Positions 8,721 through 20,011 of a stretch of 64,000 nt of DNA are shown here, piece after piece (position 1 is the stretch's first letter; every line of letters starts with the position of its first letter). The stretch is from positions 7,688,001 to 7,752,000 of the forward strand of contig CM102285.1 in the NCBI GenBank assembly GCA_046563655.1. Direction: 5' to 3'. The notes below the pieces were generated by a model that was given only the letters and a program-made list of their open reading frames with translations, was not told the origin of the DNA and did no database searches. The stretch comes from Yuukianura sp. NJ FZ-2021 (Eukaryota). A program made the position numbers and the translations under genes.

Positions 8721-9369
8721 ACTGCGATTGGACATCTTCTGTTCACCGTCATTGTGGTTGAAGTTTTGTTTTATTACTTCCATAGAGCCCTTCACTACCC
8801 GCTAATTTACAAATGAATTCACAAAAAGCATCACACTTGGGTATCACCCGTTGCAATCGCCGCCATCTACTGTCATCCTATAGAACAAGTCCTGTCCAAC
8901 ATCATTCCAGTCGTGGCGGGTGAATTTGAAATCAAATTAGTCGTCGCTTTTTCTGAAAACCTTCTTCATTTTTTCAAAATTGTTTAGGTTTCAAAATTCA
9001 ATTTTTTTGCTGTATTTTTTGCTTTAGGTCCTTTTATCCTAGGCACGCACGTTGTTATTCTTTGGGCCTGGATTGCAGTTTCCATTGTAACGACGCTTAT
9101 CACCCACAGTGGCTACCATCTTCCGTTTCTCGTTTCAGCTGAATTGTTTGTATGACTTCCATCACCTAAAGTATACATTGATTTTGATACCTTCTTTGTA
9201 AAGTTTAAAATTGATTTCGTTTGACACTAGGTTTAACTACAACTTTGGTGTGATTGGCCTTTTGGATAGACTTCATGGCACGAATGTTTTGTTCAAAAAA
9301 TCTAAAGAATCTGTTCGTCATCGAACGCTTTGGACACTCCAGTCAGCCAAAGAACTGTACCCTAACTGA
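8721..9369 (+). pseudogene. FAXDC2: FAXDC2-like fatty-acid hydroxylase/sterol desaturase pseudogene (5'-truncated, three exons: 8721-8919, 9028-9170, 9231-9369)
   Basis: Translates to EVLFYYFHRALH, IHKKHH, YCHPIE, THSGYHLPF, DFHHLK|FNYNFG..LDRLHGT. In-frame TGA at 8814-8816 and a frameshift near 9145-9155. GT-AG introns. Not in the ORF track. Confidence 0.85.
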
Positions 9370-11309
9370 ACTTGCGCTTTTAACTTCACAAATTACTTTT
9401 AAAATCGTAACTTTAAGGTAGTTTTTATTAACTAACTAAACTAATGCAACCAAAAACGTAATTTGCAATTCCGATTGTTCAAACACTATTTTCTGAAGGC
9501 TGAAAACATCTTCAAGATTAAACCCATCGCACGTAAAAAATACTGGGTTCTGGGTCAAAGTATGGGGGACTTCCGTCGGACGCCTCGTTTTTAATTTTTA
9601 TTAACATTATTGCTGGTTATTAGAAGCCATGCTTGCGAAGTACCCTTCAGCGGACAAAGTCCAAAAATCCCAAAATTTTAGCGCGAAATTTCTTTCAGAA
9701 ACTTTGGAAAAAACTGATGACGTTCCAGCTAGCGGCAAAAGTGCCCTAACGACCAAAACCGATTTTTGAAAAGTAAACAACGAAAAAAAAAGTCACCAAG
9801 AATGGCGTGGACGCACTGCTTATAAAATTTCCAGATTTTGAAAAAAAAATAGTTAAGCTATTCGTACATTCCCGGGTTCGGATTCGCCTGAAGGAGCTCA
9901 GCATCAGTGCTAAGAGCAAATATAATTTTAAAAAAGCTAACCACTTTATAAGAGCAGCACCAAAACAACAATAGCCTAATAAGATTACCAATTTTTGGTA
10001 TGAAATAAAATTATTTTCAAAGATTTGGTCTAAGAATTTTAAAATAAGAAGCCTATCTGATGAATGGTATGCAGCATGGTATGTATGTAGGTATGTAGCA
10101 TGATAACGTACATACGCACAGAACTTTTTTTAATATTTATTTAGTTTTTTGAACTCAAAGCATACGTCAATTCAGGCCAAATAAATTTCAAAAACAGTTT
10201 CGTATTTCAAAAATTTTGAAATTTTGTAATTTAAAAAAAATTCATGCCAGATCCGAGACTGGCGTCTGCTCTAAGCTTTTATGGAAAAAGGAAGAAGTTG
10301 TGGCTGAAGAGCACTCGACACCGACAGTTCAACTTTCGGCAAACGAATTCCCAGAGACGCTGAAAGAGGAGACCGCGTGAGTCCGCATGTTAATGTTAAC
10401 TTATGTTAACTGTGGAGTGGCTGACTTCTCACCTTTCATTAACCGTTGAACTTTCAGTTATGAGAATGCCACGTCATTATGCCATGGGCGTAGAGAAAGT
10501 GGAGAAGATGACTCGGATCTTATTTAGTTAGAGTTGGCACGGCGAGTGGTGAAAGACTTGTGGGGTCTTCGACCGAGCTACTATTTCATAAATCGTGAGG
10601 AAATTGCAATTTTGCAAGACCAAGAGGAGCAGATGAAGGAAGCAGCATAAAAATCGTCTTCGAATTTAAATTTTGCGCCAATTTAGTGTGCTAATTTATT
10701 CCAAAAATTTTGGCTTTGTCGAAAAAAGTTTGTGACAAAATAGGCGTAAAAGCTTTGCTTTTGTTTGGATTTATGTTGAACAATTTGGATTCAGAATAAA
10801 GCTATAGCTATTTTTTAAAAATTTAGGAAGTTTGAAAATGAAACTCAAATTAAGTTGTGCATGACATGGGTTTTGAAATTTTGGAACTTAAAGCAATAAA
10901 TTGTGAAAAGTCAAGACATTTTGGAAGAATACTTTTTATAGTTCATTTTTTTACTGTGCAGTTGTGTGCAATTCCAAAAAATTTCCTTTTCTGCTGAACT
11001 GTTAGGTTTCGGCATTTTGGAAATAAGTTACTCCGAAAACGGATTCGTATTTTGGAAGTTAGACGAACTTTGCGACGTTCAATCAACCTATCACGTTTTC
11101 AGGGGTGACGCTGCGCTGGAGGAATTAATATCAACAACTCGAAGTAAAAAGCTGAACTCTAAATTAGAATAATTTAGAGTTCAGCTTTTTACTAATTTAG
11201 AGTTCATCATGCATGTAACGCCTTAATTTGTTAACAGCTCCCCCACCGAGCCCATTCAAACCTTTGGTCTTCTATGCCGGGCTCAAACTGAACCGATGGC
11301 AAATGTATG

Positions 11310-12300
11310 GGAGGAAATTTCACGCCGCGCGTTATACGCGCTAAATGCGCGAATATTGGCGAAAATGCGAAATCGTTGCTCGTACGTGGTCTGAGTGGCA
11401 ACGATACGACTCCGACGCCATTCTGGTTCGTGAAATTTTGCGCCGCGATATCTGCGACGTGAATTTATTGTATAATATATTATATAATTTTAGCTTATAA
11501 ATTTAATTAGAATAAATATTATCAACATAATTAACATATTGAATAAATAAATTTATAAATTAGAATTAAAAATATAAATTAAACTAAATTTATACATAAT
11601 TAAATATATTTAACATGTAATACAATTCGTTGTATTTCGGTGTATTATATTTCTTTATTATATTACTATATTTATTATACTACTTATTATATTATATTAT
11701 TATTATATTATTATATTATAATATTATATTATATATTATATTATTATACTATAATATTATATTATATATTATATTATTATATATTACATATATTATTATA
11801 TTATTGGTTTATTATATTATATATAGAATACGTTTGGACAACGATTTCGCATTTTCGCTCATATTCGCGAATTTCGCGATTCGCGGCGTGAAATTTTGCG
11901 TGCAAACCAAGATGGCGTCAGAGGGTGATCGTTGTCACCCACATGATGTTTACCCAGCGATTTTTCCCCTATCGCAAAATTGAAACGTCGCGCCATTCGC
12001 GAATGTCGCGCCGTGAAATTTCGCGTTCGAACCAAGATGGCGTCAGAGGGTGATCGTTGTCACCCGCATGACGTTTACCCAGCGGTTTTTTTCTTATCGC
12101 AAAATTGAAACCTCGCGCCATTCGCGGATGTCGCGCCGTGAAATTTCGCGTGCGAACCAAGATGGCGTCAGAGGGTGATCGTTGTCACCCACATGACGTT
12201 TACCCAGCGATTTTTCCCTTATCGCGAAATTGAAACCTCGCGCCATTCGCGCATGTCGCGCCGTGAAATTTCGCGTGCGAACCAAAATGGCGTCAGAGGG
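11310..12300. repeat. Composite repeat: CpG-rich inverted arms around an AT-only core, followed by about 3.3 copies of a 125-bp tandem unit
   Basis: About 11315-11388 is the reverse complement of about 11830-11897. 11460-11825 is almost pure A/T. Tandem units start at about 11884, 12009, 12134 and 12259. Confidence 0.85.
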
Positions 12301-12711
12301 AAATGCCTACTCAACCTCGGAAAACTTAGGTTTTGTCTTAGTTTTTTATTTATAGAAAAAAGGTCAACGTAACAGGTCAAAAACTTTTTTTTTCGCATTG
12401 TGAACAGCCAATTATAGATAAGCAGCGAAAAAATCCGTTTTCGAAATTTGAAATTTCATAATTGGAAATTTTTTGAAAAGGATAACCCCCGACTCCATCT
12501 GAGGAGCACAGATGTGTTAAGTTAAGTTGTGTTTAAAATGCTCAACCATGAGCTTTCGTACAAAACAAAACGACTATAAATACTTTCGAAAATTCTTCAT
12601 AGGTGTTTAATAGAGTGCAGACTACAAACATTTTATAGTTTACTAATTATCAAAAGACTAACTTTTTGTGGAGCTTCAATGTTAGTACTGCAAACATTGC
12701 CTAACTTAATC

Positions 12712-13734
12712 ATGAAATCCGGACTAATCCTGCTGGCGACGTTGACCTTGTCACTTTCTCCCGCTGGCGCTAGCCGTCTAACTGACCAGGTTGACGGAAC
12801 TACTTCCACAAACAAAGGACCACTTGATCCCAAAGTTCCCGTGAAGTTTGGAGAGCATCTAGGATCCGACAACCATTTTTACATGTACTTTGCAGGAGCA
12901 GCATACTGCGAAGACAACGCCTCCTTGAGCCAACTCAACTGTCCATGGTGTCGTCCCGTCATAAAGAGAGGGTACAAGTACCACTCTACAATCCGAAATT
13001 ATGCGAGCAATACTTTAGCACTGGTTTCTGTCAGCCGCGTGAGGAGTACTGTCGTCGTCGCTATTCGCGGGAGTTCCAATGTCCGGGGCGTTCTGGAAGA
13101 TTCAAATGAAAATAAAGTTAGAATTGGGAATACTGCAATAATGGTTCATACTGGATTCGATAAAGCAACGGTAAGTATCTTCCCCAAAATTGTCAACACT
13201 TTGAACAACGTGACACACGGTCATTTCAACACGAAGATCGTCATAACTGGGCACGGTGTGGGCGGGGCCATTGCAAGCTTAACAGCATTCTATCTCATTT
13301 ACACCAGGATTTTGATATACCGTAATACAAATGTTCAACTCTACACTTACGGTGCACCTCGAGTCGGCAACAAAGCTTGGGCCACCCAAATGAACAGCTT
13401 TCCGAATCTCATTATCCGAACGGTGAACTACGATGACGTTGTTCCGCATTCCATTACTGCTGTACAGGACTACTGGCACTATCAATCGGAATACTGGATC
13501 ACTAACACCAGCACATTTGAAGGAAAGTACTGCAATGAATCTGTGTATGAAGATCCGAATTGTTCCAATAGTTTGGCATCTAACTACAGTCTGCTGAATC
13601 ATTTGACATACTACAAGGTCAATATCCACCAATGTGCTGCCTACAATCCAATACCTTTTGTGACCCAAATGATAACTAGCCTAAAACAAGTACTTCTCGT
13701 GTCTGGTGGTGGAACCTTCGTACTCCAATCTTGA
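12712..13734 (+). CDS. Secreted class-3 (fungal-type) lipase-like protein, intronless, with the nucleophile Ser replaced by Gly
   Basis: Signal peptide MKSGLILLATLTLSLSPAGA (alternative start at 12679). Motifs AGAAYC, VVAIRGS, VHTGF, ITGHGVGGA (canonical GHSLGG), YTYGAPRVGN, DDVVPH, EDPNCSNS, HLTYY. TATAAATA at 12575. Confidence 0.9.
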   Translation: MKSGLILLATLTLSLSPAGASRLTDQVDGTTSTNKGPLDPKVPVKFGEHLGSDNHFYMYFAGAAYCEDNASLSQLNCPWCRPVIKRGYKYHSTIRNYASNTLALVSVSRVRSTVVVAIRGSSNVRGVLEDSNENKVRIGNTAIMVHTGFDKATVSIFPKIVNTLNNVTHGHFNTKIVITGHGVGGAIASLTAFYLIYTRILIYRNTNVQLYTYGAPRVGNKAWATQMNSFPNLIIRTVNYDDVVPHSITAVQDYWHYQSEYWITNTSTFEGKYCNESVYEDPNCSNSLASNYSLLNHLTYYKVNIHQCAAYNPIPFVTQMITSLKQVLLVSGGGTFVLQS

Positions 13735-14160
13735 ACGTGCTGTCCGGAACAATTAAATCATAAATCATGCTCCGAACTTTTTTAGTCAAAGTATTTCAAG
13801 TAATTACTTCGTAATTAAAAGGAATTCGGTAATTAGACAAACTTACAAGAAGCAATTAGTAAGGTTCAAAAAATTTGTCAATTTTTTTCTCAAAGTATTT
13901 AGAGTAAATATTAGTTTGTAATTAAAAGTAATTCAATTAAACAAGTCTTGAATAAATACTAATGTAGTAGGGCAAAAAACAATTGTCGTTGGCGCCATGT
14001 AGCCAATGGAGGGAGTTCGGTGGCAAAATTATTTTAAAGTTTCGCGCGTTAAAGCATGTTCCGCCAATTAAAAACTAAAGTTTTTAAAGCTAAAGTATTA
14101 CTTCAAGGTGTGCGAATACCCTGGAAACGGGGGGTCAAAATGCGGTTGTAACTCATCAAA

Positions 14161-14441
14161 TGAAAAATGGTCTGGATCAGCGTAGGAAGGTCGTGGAATG
14201 GGCCACAATATATCAAACTTTAGAAAAAGACTTGACCTAGTATCCTGTTGAAAAAAAATTACAAAATTTTAGTTCTAACTGTGAAAAAAATTGACCCAAA
14301 CATTCCACATCCATATTTACATAGATAGAACTAAAATTTTGTAATTTTTTTCAACAGGATACTAGGTCAAGTCTTTTCCTAAAGTTTGATATATTGTGGG
14401 TTACTGTACGACATTCCTACGCTGACCCAGACCATTTTTCA
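14161..14441. mobile_element. Foldback/MITE-like inverted repeat
   Basis: About 115-bp arms (GAAAAATGGTCTGG...TTTTAGTTCTA and its reverse complement) with a spacer of about 50 bp. Confidence 0.8.
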
Positions 14442-14532
14442 ATTTCAGTGTCGCGGTCTCAGAAAAGTTGTTGACAAAACCCAAACGACGGCAACCGAAC
14501 TTGCGTCAGTATTTTATTTGTTTGAAAGTGCA

Positions 14533-14917
14533 TACCAAGTGTTTTTTAATTTGTGTCCAAGCCATGTATAAGAGCGCAACGGAGTTGGGTGGAGTTTGGA
14601 TGGCGGGAACCAAAAATTTGAACGGTTGACTATTCAGCTGATGTGACAGAGATGCTCATACCTGGTCTTGTTTATTCGCATCCTTTTACTCATTCTTTTA
14701 CTTAACTTTAGTCAATTGTTTTAACAATTAACGCCATTAATAAATACTTTAAAACAATTAACTAAGTTAAGTACAAGAATGAGTAAAAGGATGAGAATAA
14801 ACAAGACCAGATGGACACCTTTCTCACTTCAGAGGAAAGTCAACCGTTCAAATTTTTGGCTCCCGCCATCCAAACTCCACCCAACTCCGTTACGCTCAAA
14901 TTAAAAACACTTGGTAC
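14533..14917. mobile_element. Near-perfect palindromic MITE
   Basis: GAGCGCAACGGAGTTGGGTGGAGTTTGGATGGCGGG (14572) mirrors CCCGCCATCCAAACTCCACCCAACTCCGTTACGCTC (ending 14897); the outer TACCAAGTGTTTTT is also mirrored. Confidence 0.85.
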
Positions 14918-15268
14918 TTTTTTTTTATCATATTTGCACTGAACCTTTTTCACCACTCACGAGGGTGTTCCTTTTTGTCGATGTCTGCATGTTTTACTAA
15001 CCGAGCAAGCTCGGTTATCGTGGTTGCTAAATTTAACGATTATTGTTTATTTGACGCATACCACACGTCCTTAATGCGCGAAAACTTTTTTTAATTGCTG
15101 TAATTTTCATGTCAGAAAAATTTTAACGCGCGAAAAAGTCTAACCGTACGTTAACGGAACGTACGCTTAGGAAACGTACGCTTATGTCCAATAGAAATCA
15201 CATTGCCAGAACTGCTCAGAATTAGTATTCTGTAAATTATTATTTATTGTCTATTATAATTTGTTATT

Positions 15269-16310
15269 AAGTAGCTTTAGCTACTTTATAAAAGCGTTTT
15301 CGTCCGTCATCGCGTTTTCCGTCCTAGACCCATAAGGAAAGCCTGTCCGTCATCGCCTTTTCCGTCCTAGCATAGGGCTCACCATTTAAGAAGTAGTGAA
15401 AATGTGAGGGAAATTATCTCGGAAACTACTGGATCGATTTTGCTCCAGTTTTATCTAGTGACTATCTCATGACCCGGACTAGGTCACTATTGAATATTAT
15501 CCCGGTGTGTCAACTCCTTCCGGGTCAAAATCGATTTCAAAAGTCACGTGAATTTATGCATTGAGGAAGTGCTGGTAAAAAAAACGCTGCTTGTGAGACT
15601 GGAAAGGCAATTGGCATGGGAGTTGGTTCTCTGCTTAGCAAAAAATCTATTACGCAGTTGACTAACACACTCAACTGTCAACTGTCACACTTCATCTGTC
15701 ACTTCATCTGTCACGTGCCGGGTGTCACGTGTCACGCGCCGGATGTCACCTGTCATACCGGTGACATCCGGCGCGTGATGCACATACTCATGCACTGTGT
15801 CCAGTGTCCATTCGTTCCATCCGTTTCTTCTGCTGTTGCGTCGTCCGTATCCCACCTCGACATCTGTCACTTGTCACACCTCGTCACCTGTCACACTTCA
15901 TCTGTCACCTGTCACATTTCACCCGTCACATGTCACGCGTCACCCGTCACGCGGGAAGGTGGGGGAAGCACCCACCCCCTATCTCCCGGGACACCCACCC
16001 CCTTTCCCCCGGGGCACTCACCCCCTCTCCCCCGGGGCACTCACCCCCTCTCCCCCGGGGCACCCACCCCCTTTCCCCCGGGGCACCCACCCCCTCCCCC
16101 CCGGGGCACCCACCCCCGCGCTCCCTGGGGTGCGGAGCGAAAAATTGGGGGGAACACCCCCACTCCCCCCGGAGGGCGGGAAAGTGGCGTAACACACCCC
16201 CGCGTTCCCTGGGGTGCGGAGCGAAAAAGTGGGGGAACATACCCCCACTCCCCCTGGGGGCTGATTAAGTCCTGTTTGTTTAAAAAAACACCTAAACGCT
16301 AAAGCTACTT
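15269..16310. mobile_element. DINE-1/Helentron-associated (HINE)-like non-autonomous element containing a TGTCAC array and a C-rich minisatellite
   Basis: Terminal hairpin AAGTAGC-TTTA-GCTACTT; its first 13 nt recur inverted at 16298-16310. TCCGTC motifs near the left end, TGTCAC array at 15675-15950, C-rich array at 15955-16262. Confidence 0.65.
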
Positions 16311-18362
16311 TTTATTACTACTATTTATTACTATTTATTACTATTTTTATTACTACTACAAGCGGTTTATTTGGACTTAAAGCCTCAGTGGGACTACTAC
16401 TATACCTACCTTTGCCGTCGTGCGAAATGGAATCTAACGTCATGGGGCTTGGGATCAGACATAGCACCGGGACTCGTTTTAACATGAATTTCCTGTTCCC
16501 TTCCTGTTCCCACCTGAGAATTGATGATTTAAATTCTGTTTTGCCGGGAGGGATGGAATTTTAAAATAAAAATGGAAATTCTCTTTTACGAATTTTTTCA
16601 ACTCTGGAGAATATCGCTGTTGTGGCTGAAATTTTCTGTCTGACCTCTGGTTGCGGCATTAGTGCAGCCTCAATTAAACTTCAGCGTTTTGCAAGAATGT
16701 TCTGTTTTCTCTGTTTCTAGTTTTCACACAAAGGCATGATTCGTAGAGTCATTAAACTTTAAACAAAAAGTAATGCACACCTTTGTTATAAAGCACCTTA
16801 ATAAGAAATCGAATTACTGTGCCGATCATTTATGTACAATTACTACTATAACCGGTATTAGTTTACACTTCTCTGCGGGAAATCTTGTACATGTATCAAG
16901 GCAAGTCAAACTATAAAATAGTATAATTAGTTTTGAATTTCTAACACACTTATTCAACTTATTCAACAGTTCAACTGAACGTCGAAGTCTCTCTGTAGCC
17001 TCAAGGTTCGACAACTCGGACCTAACTTAAAGCGCCATTTTCCTTTTTCGCTTGAGTTATATTTCCGGAGACGTTGTGGAGGGTGAGGGCCCTTTCAAAG
17101 GCTTCCACCGTCCCTTCAGGTCCCTTCGTCATTTGAAATGCATGTCGCCTCTCTCTTGTTCTCATTGAAAAAGGAAAAGAACGTACGACTTGACTTGAAT
17201 TCACTTTTTACTGTTATTACTCAAATTCACTTTTATTCCAAATGGGTCTGCATACTCAAAAACTCACCAGATTAACATGCGAGGACGACAAAAAGTAGGT
17301 TTACTTTACAGTGAAAGCGGAAATATGACTATGAGAACTATATTTTCATAAAAGGAATAGTCGGTTTGGCACAAGCTGTTAGAACAATAAAATAAAATAT
17401 TTAGTAAAAGCCAGCGAAATATTTAAATAAATGCAATATTTAATGAATACGCTCGAAAGATTTACGAACTTAATAATATTAAGGGCATTGGTATATAAAT
17501 AAATATTTAGGTAGTAATAAAAAAGACCTGGACCGTTTTTCAATGTCAATATTACCATTACCAAATAACTGTTACCAAAACGTTTAAATAGTGGGAAAGA
17601 TTTGAACCTTACACTGTCAGATTGGAAACAGATGCTTTCTCAATCACAGGATGGCAAACAAGAAATAATTGTTAATTGTCAGAAAAAAGCGAGAAACCTG
17701 TTTAAGTGTATAAATTACAAATCGAATCATTAATCGTCTCCATGATCTGTAGATACTTTACATATTGGCGTCCTTCCACTTCGAGAAACAAACAATCACA
17801 CTGAATAAATTTGTATTTGCGGCAGGTTCTGTTTCGGAGGAAGTGTGGAGGAAAACCAACAGGACAAAAACAACATCCGGATACCGATCTGAACCGGATA
17901 TTTCATGATAAACTCCCGGTTTTATGTCTGTTTTGTGAATGTCAATTATCAGGTTACCTGGAGAAAACAGGTCAACTTTGCACTTGATCAGGAAGGATTT
18001 CACCCGCCGAGAGTGCACACACCCGGGTCACCCGATGTTCGCTAGTACGACAGATCCCAAGACTGTTGAACCATTTCAGCGATAATTGCCGCTGACGGAC
18101 GGCCGGCTTGACAAGCTCGATGCATAAAGTAGCCTAGGCTACTTGTAATATTGTGAGCCTATAAATTTAAAATTTTGCAAAACCACAAAGTTTATTTTAG
18201 TAATGTTTGATTCTGTTGTAGGGTTTAAGTTGTCTTGACCTTCGGTTTTCCAAATCAGTTCGAACAGAATCATCGATAGCATCAAGAACTTTTGTGTCGT
18301 AATCAGGGCGGACACGGACACTGAAACAAAAACAAAAAAAAATGCTATTAACGTCTTATGAG

Positions 18363-19970
18363 GCAACAACACTATTCAAAATATTTTCATTATTAAAAAC
18401 TTCATAAATTACGAGGTTCAAAACTTCCAAGCTGGTATATTACGAGGTTGAAAAGTTCCAACCTCGCAAATTATGAAGTTGAAAATTTCCAACGTTGTAA
18501 ATTACGGAGTGGAAAATTTCCAACCTTGTAAGTTGCGGAGTTGAAAAAGTTAACAAGGTTGTGAAACGGGGTGAATTATCTAGCGCTCATTAAAGTCTCT
18601 ACTTTAACATTTCTGCTCAATCGTTCTCTGAAAACAACTGGGCTACGCTGATGCTCCTAGCTTCTGCAGGTCTAATACCCGCCACCCCTCTCGCGACCTA
18701 ACCCTTTGACCCTTCCGGGCCCTTGAGACATCCCCTGACTCATGACCTACGTTGGGTTGGGGCTGGTCCCACCAACCCACATCATCTAGTGTATGAATCT
18801 GCAAGTGTTTCTACTGATTTTCTAAACTCTAGATGAAAAAGGGAAGATTCCCTTACCTCAATCGGCTGCAGTTGATCTGGTGAAAGTACTAGCAGCAGAA
18901 TACGTGAGATTTGGTTTTACTGGTTTAATTTCCTCATGAAGTGAAGAGAGAGAGAGAACTAACTAACTTAAGAGAGCTTAGTGCTAAAGCTTATTTAAGA
19001 ATGACTTAACTTTAACAGAGTTCCCTATAACCTAGTTAGTAACCTACTCTGTCCTCTAATTCCAATTACCCTTGGCAACTTGTGTCCGCAATCGGACGTT
19101 AATGACCAGGATTTATAATCCTGTTTAGTCATTAATGTCCGATAGCAGACAAAGTTGCGAGCGTATGCAAATTGATATCTCGTCAATTTGAATTAAAATC
19201 ACTCGCTTTACTTGTGACATTACATGTCCAACAAGTGTAAAAACTTGTTGGACAAGTAAAACTGTTGCGTCAGCCTTCTGCTGAATTGTCAGGGCAAAGA
19301 TCAATTATCATAAATCTTTGCAACTTTGTTGAGAAAGCGGGTTTTGCCAATTTGCATACATGCTCCCCTTTTCACTCTTATCTCTAATTACTCATAATTA
19401 GTAACTCATCTGGATTTTAACTTGTCCCGAAATCCGAATTTCGGGAGAAGTCGAAATCCGTCGTTACAGTTGGAAATTGCACTTTACTTGCCTCCTAATT
19501 CCGTGGGGGGAAAGAGCTCAGTAGAAGGCAAGCCCGCAACCCGCAACCTAAATCCACCGCCGCCATGCTTGTTACTTGAGTTTGTGCTAGCCTGTAGTGC
19601 TTAGTGGTGCAGTCTGCGCAATAACCAACAAGAAATTTGAATGAAGTAAGCTTGGGCTACCAGATTGTGCCCAACGTTTCAGAATTTTGCGTCATTATAC
19701 CCACTCTTCATAATGAACATTTGTGCCCACCCATCAACGTCGTAAGCAATGCATTAGAACAAGCAGCGATAAATTAACCCCTAAAAGGTACCCATCCGAA
19801 GGGTGGTATACAATGGCAGCGCACAAAAATTTGAACGGGTGACTACAATCTGGTCTCCCAAGCTTACATAATCCAAATTTCTCAACCTAATTTACGGGGA
19901 TTGGAAATTTTCAATCTTGTAATTTTACGAAGTTTTTAAAAGTAAAAACATTTTGAATAGTGTCGTTGTC
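18363..19970. mobile_element. Non-autonomous TIR element with 30-bp palindromic subterminal tandem repeats
   Basis: CACTATTCAAAA (18370) and TTTTGAATAGTG (19951-19962) start about 70 bp of inverted homology. Tandem ATTACGAGGTTGAAAA.TTCCAACC units at 18405-18550. No clean TSD. Confidence 0.65.
19647..19866. mobile_element. Small MITE nested in the TIR element
   Basis: TAAGCTTGGGCTACCAGATTGT / ACAATCTGGTCTCCCAAGCTTA inverted ends; shares AAAAATTTGAACGG.TGACT with the 14.5-kb palindrome. Confidence 0.65.
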
Positions 19971-20011
19971 GTTGTTAAAGCCCCATAGTCTTGTTCAATA
20001 CGAAACAAAAT

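Noticed and set aside
10244..10650. Exon-like pair with a GTGAGT...TTCAG intron
   Set aside because: It contains an in-frame stop and no recognisable family, so a gene call cannot be supported.
11630..12285. Ile/Tyr/Leu-rich ORFs and duplicated MVRTRNF ORFs
   Set aside because: They are translations of an AT microsatellite and the 125-bp tandem repeat.
13279..13668. Antisense ORF within the lipase gene (and antisense ORFs within both pol genes)
   Set aside because: Shadow ORFs of real coding sequence.
17758..18130. GC-richer stretch with an 86-aa ORF
   Set aside because: No recognisable motif in the frames I read, and it does not fit the Beat gene.
18405..18550. Palindromic 30-bp repeats resembling a CRISPR array (similarly 6552-6619 and 8571-8720)
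   Set aside because: Units are head-to-tail with no unique spacers, there are no cas genes, and the context is eukaryotic transposon DNA.
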